Assembly (NCBI GenBank): GCA_023132075.1
Contig: JAGLYT010000001.1
Location: 1-35,308, forward strand
Length of the DNA: 35,308 nucleotides
Source of the DNA: a bacterium
GTDB taxonomy: Bacteria; CBDUZB01; JAGLHV01
Direction of reading: 5' to 3'
This document shows, piece by piece, positions 11,401-23,400 of this stretch. Positions within the stretch are counted from its first letter, which is position 1; every line of letters starts with the position of its first letter. The position numbers were made by a program, and so were the translations under genes. Under the pieces are notes generated by a model. It was not told where the DNA came from. It made no database searches and saw only the letters and a program-made list of their open reading frames with translations.

Positions 11401-14400
11401 TGCTTTAATAATCAGCTTCCCGGAACTTGAATTAGAAAGATTAGGATTTTTTGGCTATGATTGGACTACTAAAGAAAAAGGAATAGAGAGTATCCAGTAT
11501 GCCATAAGAAAAGAAAGACCTGATTTATGGAAGGTATACGAGAAATTAGGTAGTCTTACTGAACCAGAAAAAGAACTTTTGAAAAATAAATTTTATGAAA
11601 TCACCTATGCACATTTTGATCTATGGGAAATACACGGAGCAAAAGAAATAGAAATAGCACCTTATTTTAATGGCAGTTATAAAGATGCTTTAATAATTAG
11701 TTTTCCGAATCTTGATTTAGAAAGATACGGCTTTGGCTATGATTGGACTACTAAAGAAAAAGGAATAGAGAGTGTCCAATATGCCATAAGAAAAGAAAGA
11801 CCTGATTTGTGGGAGCAATACGAGAGGTTACATAGTCTTAGAGAACCAAAAAAAGAACTTTTAAGAAAAGAATTCTATGAAATTAGTCCCGGACAGCTTA
11901 AGATATGGCAAGTAGGGGGAGCAATGAATAAAAGAGTAGCTCGTTATTTTAATGGTAATTATATGGATGCTTTAATAATCAGCTTTCGGAAACTTGGGTT
12001 AGAAAGGGAAGGGTTTAACCGTAAGCTTATTTCAGGAGTACTAACTAAAAGAGAAAATGAATTATTTGAAGCAAGGAGAGAAGAAATAATCAATGACCCA
12101 ATGGGTCCTTTTGGCATTTTTGGGGATGAGGAAGCACGGCAATTTACTCATGATTTAATAGCCTTTTATTATAAAAAAAGAGGAATAGATGAAAGAATAA
12201 TTGATGATATAATGGATGAAATAGATGAAAATATTTCTGATTCCGAATCTGTTGTTGCAGGAATTTATGAAAACATAAATCTGGATGAAATTGTAAAAGA
12301 ATATAATAGTGACGATTATAGATTGAAAGAAGATCCGGAATTAAAAATAGAGATAGTAGGTAAAGATGTAGATGTAGAAAGGCCTATAGTAGTAGATGTT
12401 GGCTGTGGAAAAAATAATTTGTTGCCTGTTATTGTGAAGAAAAATCCAGGTATAGAAAAAGCTATTGGTACGGATGAAATAGATTATCATATAGAATCAG
12501 AAGATAATAGAGTAGAGTTTAGAAAACAACCTACACCATCTAAAATTCCTGTTGAAAATGGTGAGGCAGATAGAGTGATAATGTCTCTTGTATTACATCA
12601 TGCTACAGATGAAGTAATTAGAAATTTATTGAGAGAGTCTTCAAGAATTTTAAACCCTGATGGGAAATTAATAATCTTGGAAAATACATTTGCCGGAGGA
12701 GCTATTAAACCAAAATATAATAATGAGCTAAGTAAGCGTTTTTCAGAATTAAATGAAGAGCAAAAAGATAAGGTTTTCCGGTTTATAGAGTGGTATAGTG
12801 CAAGGTTGATAAGTAATATAAAAGAAATGCAGTTTGCTTATAATTGGAAGAGTATGGAAGAATGGAAAGAAATATTTGAGGAGGCAGGATTTACAATAGA
12901 AAAAGAAAATTTTCTTGGTATAGTTGATTTACCCTTTACTCCTAAATTGCCGTTGGGAGTTTTTGTCTTGAGGAAAGATGATTTTATCACTCAGAAGGAA
13001 AAAGTTAAGGAAAAAATAAAGGAGACTATAAAGTTTTTAAGTTTAATTAAAAAGGGGAATTGGGAAATAGATAAAGATATTTTAGATATAGATATTAAAC
13101 GGTTAAAAGAACAAAACAAGCAATTAAATAAGGGGCTGGTAAACTTAAAAGGTTTGTCAGAAATAAACGGTAAATTGAATGAAATAAAAGAAGAGACGGA
13201 AGAAAGAATTAAGGACAAAGCGATGCATAACTTAAGTATCTTAACAGAAATAAAAGAGTATAATGATATTATTAAATTGCTTTGTGATAAAGAGAAGGTA
13301 ATGACAAGGTTGGAGTTGGCAATATTAATTAAAATAATAAAGAATGAGAAAGAAATTTTTAGGCAAATGATTGATAAGGAAAAAGACCATGGAAAAATTA
13401 TTGCTATTCATATAGAAAGCATAGAATGGATGAGAAAGAAGGGTTTAACAAATAGAGAAATAGGTAAAATTATAATCTCTTGGCCAGCTGTTTTTTCATA
13501 TGGGAAAGAGAGATTTAACAGGGGAGAAATTAATTTTAAAAATGTAGGCATATTGGAAGAGGGAATTATCGATATTTTAAAGTCCTTTCCTTCATATTTT
13601 GCCTTGGATTCAGTTGTTCAGAAACAGAAAATAGAATGTATTAACTATGTAGAAACAAAAATAGGGGAAAAAATAAATCTGGTAGAATTTATAAACAAAT
13701 ATCCTCTATGGTTTAGTTATAGTGTAGAAAATAAAATTAAACCGACTTTAGATTTATTTATGAAAATACGTGATAAAAATAATGAGTGGACAGATATTTT
13801 TATGAGATTGTTAGCTTGTAATTTGGCAGTAACTAAATTAATTGTAAAAATAATGGGAGAAGAAAATACAAAAAAAATAGATGCAAAAAGAGTTTTAAAT
13901 GTTTACACTAAGTTAGATGTAAAAATTAAAAGCGATAAAAAAATCAAATTTAAGAAGTTAGATTTAGATAAGAATAAAGATACAGGAGAACATTTAAGGA
14001 CGGAAATAATTCAGATATTAAAAGATGAAGAAGACAAATATAAATCAAAAATGGTTAAAGAGCTTGAGGTTGTTTTTGAGGGGCTTATTAATGGTGATGT
14101 CCAAATTAATTGTGATGGTAAGGAAAAATTTAATACAGAATGGGGATGGGTTGATCTTGGGGAATTAAATAATTTTGAGGATTATATATCAGATAAAGGC
14201 AGACAGGCAGTTTTTTATCTGGTAAGGGATCTATATTTTGCAAAAGAGAAGGGATATATAGAGCTGAAGGGAGTACAAACTATTAGTATGCAAAACGTTT
14301 ATAAAGCATTACCCGATGGAATCAAAAAAAAGACTAATGCTAAATCTCAGGCACTATCATGTGCTAAATTTTTTGAAGCAAAACGTTTAATCGAACCTTA

Positions 14401-17400
14401 TCAAGGTAAATATAATGAAGAATACAAATATAATGAAGGACAAATTAAATTAGCCAGAGAATTAGGAGTAAATACTATTTCGTCTTTATATAGAGCTTTT
14501 GGTGATAAAGAATTTATTGAATGGAGTGGTTGGACTTATCCCTCCTATAATTTAAGAGAGTTGGATAAAGCTGATATTTTAGAAGAAAAAAAGTATAGTT
14601 TGTTGAAGGTTACTGATAAAGAAATATTAAATGTTTTTGTAGAAAAGTTGGACCAGGGTAAAACTTTTCTTACATCAGGAGAAGTGAGAGAAAAGTTTAA
14701 ATTAAAAGGGAAAGCTTCAAGGTTTCTTTCTTCCTTATTATCGGCAGGATATATTGAGAGAATCGGCAAAAGTCAAAAAACTGTGTATAAATTAGTTAAT
14801 CCTTATAAAATAAGGAGTTTGGTTTTAGAATTTAAAAAGCCGGTAGAAAAAGTAAGAGAGTCATGGAAAAATCTTTCTGCGGAAGAGAAAGGGCAGTTAG
14901 TGCTTATAAAGGAATTAACAGATTCTTTAAATTCGTCGGATGTGAATAATAAACAGATCGCTGAAAAATTAGGTATAAATCCGGATAACACAGCAAAGGG
15001 AGTGAAGAAGTTTACAGAATTGCAATTAATGATACATAGGAAAAGAGCTGATTATTCGTTATCAGAAGATACAAGATATTCAATATTAAAATATGAAGAA
15101 GAGATAATAAAAAATTATAATAATCTTTCCCAAAACAATAAGGATAAATTTAATTTACTTATGGATAAAATAAGGAAAGTTGAGACAGAAGGAAGGAAAG
15201 CCAGGGCAGAAGATTTTGAGAATATATTAGGCAGGGATAGATTTAGAAAAAAATTGAACCGATTAGGTTTTGTTAAACAAGGATTAATCTTAAAACCTAC
15301 GAGTAATACCTACACAATATCTCGTTGTTTGATTGATCATATTATTGCCCAAAGAGATGAAATTGTTGGGAAAGATGGATTAGTAAAAGGAAAAACAGGC
15401 AGAATAGGGCTGTTACCAAGAGTGACGATAATTTTAGGGTTATTTTCAGGATTTATTAGTACAGCTTCTGCCCAGCCGGATGTAGTAACTAATATAACTG
15501 CTGCAGGATTATCGCTTTTGGAAATGAATTTGCCTGGGGTGGTTGTGGTAGGGTTAGTAGGTGTGTTATTGTTGGGTTGGTTAGTAAAAGCTATAGGTAC
15601 AAGAGCCGGGCCGGTAGTTGATAAATTAATTAATAATTTTATCCGGAATAATCCGCTGACAGCATTTCTTGTCTTAGCAGTAATTCCTCGTAAAAAGGCC
15701 AGCCCGAAAGATTTCCAGAGTCAGCAAAAAACTATGAAAGAAATAGTGCTAGAAAAATTAAAAGATTTTTGGAATGAAGGCAGTATCCAGTGGAATCAAG
15801 ATGAAATTGAATGTAAAAAAATACCGTTTTTGGAAAATAACGAATTTTTAGTTTTATATAATCCGGTTAGAGATACAAGTGCTCGTTTATTGCATAAGTC
15901 TGGATGTAAAATGTGCAGGTTGTCTTCAGAAAGGTTAATTTTAGATTTGCAGAAAGAATGGAAAAAAGCAGCAAAAATATTTAATAATAAACGACCCTAT
16001 CTTTCCTATAAGCAGATTCTATATGTCCCTAATGACCACAGTACAAAGTTACCTCCGGAGTATATTGAATATGTAATTGGTCTGACTTCTCTTTTGGGGT
16101 TCAAAGGACATACAAATCTTAAGGGTGCTGGGGCAAGTTCTCCGGAACATTTACATTCTCATCTTTATGATATAGATAAAGAGTTAATTGATGATAAAAA
16201 CTTACCTATAGAAAAAATGGAAAAGAGGGAGTTATTTTCCGATCGGGAGGGGGAGGTTCAGATATATGATTTGGTAAATTATCCGGCAGCTTGTTTCGTA
16301 ATAAAAAGTAAAAGTATATATAAGTTAGCTCAAAATGCCCATTATATTATTGAGCGAATCCGAGAAGCAGATATATCGCTGAATTTTTATTTTACCCTGG
16401 ACAAAATATATATTTTTCCGCGGAAAGAAGAAAAATATTCAGGGAAATTAATTGGTGCGTTAGAACTTGGTGGTGTTTTTATATGTGATTCGAAGGGAAT
16501 GTATGAGCAAATGGATAGTGAAAGTAAAATTATAGAGGTAATTGAAAATACTGTTAAATCAAAAGAGGAAATGGGCTTTTTGTATGAATTAATTAGTGCA
16601 AAAAATAAACAGGAGGAAAAAGGAACCATTGTTGGGGAAATAAAGCACAAGAAACATAAGTTATCCCCGGAGAAAAAGAAAAAATTTGTTTTCAATCACG
16701 AATGTTGGAAAATAACTCCTGCAGGGGCGTTGGAAGTATCCGATGTTTTACCTACAAGCCGTGTTGAGAAAGAAGGGATAAAGGTAGGGGCCGGAAAGAT
16801 ATATGATCCTGCTAAATCTTGTTTGATTATGGGTTCTCTTGATGAAAGAGAATCTATCCGGATAAAGAAATTTGATGACTTTATGGAATTAATAATTGTA
16901 GGCAGAAAAGAAGATGGAAATGTTATTACTGTTCTTGCTCACATTGCTTCCGAACGCGTTGGATTAACAATCCTATTTAATATTTATAAAGAAATACAAA
17001 AGAAAAAATTATCCGATTTAAAGATAATGGTAGTAGGAGCAAAAGAAAACATTGATATGGTTAATTTGTCTGCGGAATTTTTACTACAGGATTTTGAAGC
17101 CTTATTCGAGTTAATAATAAAGAGAAGAAGACATTTGGGAATTGAAATCGGAAAAAATCGTATTAAAGTCTCAGACGGTGATTATGAATCCAGGGTTATT
17201 GACCCGATAATTTCCTATGAAGAGGTTAAAGATTCATTTAGTATTGCAGATAGAACCCAAAGATTGGAACGGGCAGCGAAAGCATATAAAAAAGGAAAAG
17301 GTTTAGAATTATTTCAGGTATATGCTCAGTTGCTTAGAGCATATGCGCAGAGCAGGGATTTAACTAATTTATCCGATATTAAAATTGAAGAATTAAGTAA

Positions 17401-20400
17401 AGGAGATATTTTTAATAATGCCTGTTTAAAAATAGATTGTGCTGTGGATGTAAATAGAAAAATAATAGAAAAATTCGGGATGAGAATATCTAATGACGAT
17501 TATTTATTTGAGGAAGAAAACAATATAAAGTGGGAAACTGGGGAAGGGTTGAGGGAATTACTGCCTGCTCAAACAAAGATAGTAAATATTGAACAATTTA
17601 TAGAATCTTCAGAATTGATATTTGAAGGTAAGGTTCCTTTGAGTAATATAAGAATGATGATTGAACGATTACTTAGAGAGGATGTAGATATAATAATAAG
17701 AAGGTTGCTTGATGGAAACGAAGAGCTGATTTACGGTAAAGTAAAGGAAATAACTGAGCTTTACCCTGAAATTGGAAAGTATATAGGAAATGAAGATTTA
17801 ACCTTGTTGGAAATATATAAAAAATTGGCAAAAGATTCTGTAGATATTATAGATGAACAACAAAAGTGGGAGCAGGGTATAAAGACATATGCAGAAGAGA
17901 GAAATTTGAAGGCGGATAAAGTACATAAACAGTTAATTAAATCTTATGCGCAGAGTAAAGGATTAAACTTGTCTGACAGCAACATTGAAGAACTAAGCAA
18001 ACGAACTATAAAAAATGCTTTTACCAGGATTGATTCTACTGTAGATTTAAAAGATACAGTTATGGATAAATTTGGAATAGAAATGAATGATGAGCAATGT
18101 TTGAATATAGAAGAACGAAATACAAAATGGAAGGAAATGACAGATGAAGAATTAGTGCAGAAAGTAATATTGTTACATCCACAGGGAGAGATAAAGAATA
18201 CTGAACAATTCATAGAATATTCAGGATTGATATTTGAGGGGAAGGTTTCTAAAGAAGATGTGAGAGAGGTAATCAATAAGTTACTTAAGGAAGAGGAAGA
18301 GATAACTTATGAAAAAGTAAAGGATATAATTGCTTTTTCTCTGAAAGAGAAAGAGAAAGAGATAGAGAAGATAAAAAAAGATGAAGAACATAGACAGTTA
18401 ATTAAATCATATGTACAAAGTAAAGGATTAAACTTTTCTGACAGCAAAATTGAAGCACTAAGCAAACGAACTATTAAAAATGCCTTTGGCAGGATTGATT
18501 CTACTGCGGATTTAAAAGATACAGTTATGAATAAATTTGGAATAGAAATGAATGACGATAGATGTTTAAGTATAGAAGAACGAAATACAAAATGGAAGGA
18601 TATGACAGATGGAGAATTAGTGCAGAAAGTAACATTATTGCATCAACAGGGAAAGATAAAGAATACGGAACAATTTATAGAATCATCAGGATTGATATTT
18701 GAGGGGAAGGTTTCTAAAGAAGATGTGAGAGAAGTGATTAATAGATTAATCGCTGAGCAGGAAGACCTGACTTATGAGAAATTAAAGGATGTAATTGATC
18801 TTTATCCGGAAATTAGGGAATATATGGGAAATGAAGATTTAACCTTGTTTGAAATATATAATATATTAATTAAATCATATGCGGAAAAACAGGGTTTGGA
18901 ATTATCAATAGATACAATTGAGCCATTAAGGAGATATTATTCCGTTGATAATTTTTATAGAAAAATAGATTATGCGGTAGAATTAAAAAAGATAACAGAG
19001 GAAAGATTTGGGATAGAAGTAACGGACAATTATTGTTTATCTATAGCGGGAGATATAGGGGATAAAAAATGGCGGGAATTTAAAGAGAAAACAGATGAAC
19101 AATTAAATCAATGGCTGGCAGGTAATATGTTTCATTATCAAGCTGAAATAACTGAGATTGAGCAATTTGCCGGAGCTTTATCAAAAGTATCGGAAATTAT
19201 ATTCGGTGAGGAGATATCGGAAAATGAAATAAAGAAAATAATTAAAAAAGTGCAACAGAGTAAATTAAAACTGGTTTATGGAAATGTTAGTAAAGTAATT
19301 ATTCTTTATCCTAAAATCAAAAATTATGTAGAAAAGGAAGGCAAAGAGCAGAACTTGAAATTGTCAGATACTAAGATTATGGGTTTAATTCATAAATACA
19401 GTGAAAGGAATATTTATAAAATAATAAATGCTGCTATAGATTTAAAAAAGACAATAATGGAAAAATTCGGAATGGAAATATTAGATAGTTACTGTTTAGA
19501 ACGGGTAAGAGACAAAACGGATTGGAAAAAGCAGGAAAATACAAAATTAGACAAATGGCTGGTTAATGAAGTTTTACATAAACGGGCTAAGATAATAGAT
19601 ATTAAACAATTCATAGAAGCTTCGGAATTGTTACTTGAGGGGAAAGTTTCCCGGGAAGATATGAGGGAAATAATTAATAAGTTAGTTGCTGAGAGAGAAG
19701 GTTTAACTTATGGAAAGATAAATGAAGTAGTCAGTCTTTACCCGGAAATTGGAAAATATATAAAAAAGAAAGATTTAAGTTTATTTGAGATATATGAGAT
19801 ATTAATTAAATCATATGCGGAAAAGCGGGCTTTAATTTTAACCGATAAAAAAACAAAAGAATTAGGTAAGAGCTATATTGTCCCTAAAGCCTGTGAAAAA
19901 ATAGATTTTGCTGTAAAATTAAGAACAATAGCGGAACAAAGGTTTGGATTAGAAATGTTTGATAGTTACTGTTTGTTTACAGTAATGCACAATACGGAAT
20001 TGGAAAAATGGCCGGAAAAAATGACTGAGGATGAATTGGATAGGTGGTTTTTTCAAAAAGGAGTACATGCACAGGCTAAAATAGTGAATGTTGAACAGTT
20101 TGCCGGAGCTTTATCCGGAGTATCAGAAGTTATACTGGGTAAAAAAACATCGGAAGTTAAAATAAAAAAAGTAATTGAGCAATTGAGTAAAGAAGGGCAG
20201 GAGCTTACCTTTGGAGAAGTAAAGAAAATGTTAATGGAGAAAAAGCTAAAAACAGGAAATAGAATTTTAAAAACAGTATTATTGACGATAACAGGATTAG
20301 TGGTTTTATCCTGTGGTTTTATTCCCCTTGCAAGTGCGGCACCGGGTATAGTGACTACTGCAATCGAAGTATCAATGTCGGGAGTAGGTTTTTCGGGGAT

Positions 20401-23400
20401 AGAAATGGGAATATTAGGCATTATGCTCTGTGCAACGATGATAACTTCACCGGATAAAAGCCTCGATAAGAAAAAAATAACTTTTGATAAAAGCAAAAGA
20501 TTTTCTTTAAATCACCGATACTGGAAAATATCTTTTGCAGGAGACTTAATTTTCTCAGATTATTTACTTAATAATTATGCTATTGAAGGGGAGATAAATG
20601 TAGGTGATGGAAAAATATATTCTTCTAATAAATCTTGTTTAATAATTGGTTCTCTTGGTGAAAATGAGGTTGTTCGAATGACAGGATTTACAGATTATAT
20701 TGAATTAATTATTACCGGAAAAAAGGAAAATGGCAACACTATTACCCTTATTGCCAATATTACGCCGGAATACCTCAAGGAAAAACTATTAGTTAATATT
20801 TTCGAAAAAAGTAAGGAATTAAGGGGATTATTGGATTTAAAAGTAGCAATAGTGGGTAAAAAAGACAGTATTGAAAAAATTAAAAAGATTTGGGAAACAA
20901 ATAATTTTCCGGTTTCTGATAATAAGATTTTATTGACACATTCAACTACAAACGGAGAAGCTATACGTTCATCTCTTATGATTATTGTTGGCAAAGACGA
21001 TATTAGATTAATACACAAAAAGGGCAGACAGTTAGATTGGGATAGTCTTATAATAAAAGAAGTTCAGGATAGCGGGCAAGAATTAACGGGGATAATAACA
21101 ACAAAAAAAACACGAGCTGTAAACGAATTGGATGAAACCAAAAATAATTTGTCAAGCTTTTTGAAAAATAAATATAATCTTAATGAAAATCAAAAATTAA
21201 TCTTGGAATCAGCTATTAGTAATGGCTTTATTTGTTTTAATAACGACATGCTTAGATCTGACCAAAGAATACCATCTCTGGACAAGTATAAACTGCATAG
21301 AGCTATAAAAGGGCTTGAAAAATTAGGATGGCTTACAATTCCGACCAAAGGACGTTATATTTTAAGCAAAAAACTAATCGATGATTTGCGGGAATCTCAA
21401 CTACTCAATGATGAAGTGTACAAGGAATGGATGGATATTGTAAATATGGAAGAAATATTTAACGAATTTGTCTATCCTAAAAAAATTGGAGATTCCTATG
21501 GCTATCGGGAAGATAGGACATTAACCAGTGAAGATAGAGAATTTATGTTGGCAATGTTGCAACTAGCTAAAGGAGAAATTATTTTTGAACCGGACAAGTT
21601 AAAAAACAAATTTTCCTTTTTAAAAGACAAATATAGTAAAAAACATTTTCAGAATTTCTTTGCTGTTTTAGAAAAATGTAATTTATTGTATAGCCCGGTG
21701 AAAGGACGATATTTACTAAGTAACCGATTTATAGATGAACTAAAAGAAAAAGGGCTTATAGCAGATGTTTTTTATGAAGAATATGTAATGGTTTTAAAAA
21801 GAGAAAAATTATTTAATCGGTTTGTCTATCAAAATGATATAGGGTGGACAATTAAAGGGAATAGATTAATTAATCAGGATAGAAACTTTACAATAAAAAT
21901 GGTAAATATAATGTCTTTGTTAGAAGGACCTTTTGATATTGAAAAATTATTTAATTTATTTAAGGAAAATGAAGACATTAATAAAAAGCAGCTTGGTGTG
22001 TTATTAGGTAATTTAACAAATGCAAATATTTTAGACAGGCCGGTAGGGAACAGATATTTATTTAGCAAAGAATTTATTGATTTGTTATTTAAAGAAGGTT
22101 TTATTGATAAAGTTACCAAAGACAAATGGACTAATTTATCAAGACGGGAAAATATGTATAAGCTTCAAACCGATAAAGTAAAAGGTATCTTGACAGCGGC
22201 AACATTTAAAGTTCTTGATGTTATCGTTGACAATAAATTAGATGAATTCACAAAAAAAAGTATTTCCAAAGATTTTCTTCCTGATATGTCAATAAATACA
22301 GTGAAGAAATCTTTAAAAGCACTCAAGGAAATGGAATTTATTACATATGATGACAAAAGCACTTATCATGTTATTTGGGCAATAGAAAGCATTCAAAATG
22401 ATAAGCTTTTGGAAATTATTATAGAAATAGAAAATAAAGCTGATTTAGAAGAGGATTTTAAGGCAGCAAAAGACCTATATGAGAGAGCCATCAAGGAATA
22501 TTCTAAGATTAAGGAAGGAACATCTGATTATGAGTTAGTTAGGAAATCAATCAAACGCTGTTCGAAAAAGATTGAAGATAAAGGGGTTGCTATTATTAGA
22601 AAGGAATTGCCTGAAAATTTCACAGCTCTTATTTTATTCTTTATAATTCAGAGATTAAGCCGGAAGGATATTCTAAAAGATGAAAGGATTAATACAATTA
22701 TCTTGAGAAATATAACCAAAATGCTTATTAACGATGAGTGGGTAAAATATGAACAAAGTAAAAAGGTTGTGCCAACGAATAAAGCACTAAAGCTTCTTTA
22801 TGGTTCTGAGTTCATTACAATTGTTTTTGAAAAATCATCTTATACAGATTTAGAAATTGAAAAAGCAAAAAAAATACTTAATGGAGAAGGATATGAAATC
22901 AATGAAGAGACTATTAAACGGGTAATAATATTGTTTAGAGAAAATATAGAAATTAAACCGGGTTATATGAAAATTTTGGCAGAGACATTACAGGAAAGGA
23001 TAAAAGCAATAAATGCAGAAAGAGGGAAAGGAATAGATGTTCCTAATTACTTTATTTTGTATCCCGTAGAAGTTTTATTCTTGCTGGTAGATAGTTATAT
23101 AAAAAATAATAAAGCTGTTAGTTTTCATTGTATTTACAAAGCTTTGCCTTTAGCAAAATCACCAAAAAATTTATTAGGATTATTAGGTGATTTTGTAAAT
23201 TCATCTTCCACGGGTAAAAAAAATAAGATAGGTAATAGATTATTAAATGCATTTAGATTCTTTCCGGATAAAATGAAAGAGAATTTTGAAAAAATAGAAA
23301 CTAATGAGTCTATTAGTAAAAGAATTGTAGGAAAATTTATTGAAATTCTTTATAAATCTCCGAAATGTTTTGAAATACTTATAATCTTAGATAAGGTAAA

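Noticed and set aside
10650-20235. Periodic repeats as a possible CRISPR array or satellite DNA.
   Set aside because: The periods are 282-597 nt, are all multiples of three, diverge in a codon-wise manner and translate into conserved protein blocks. There is no architecture of 25-40-nt direct repeats with unique spacers.
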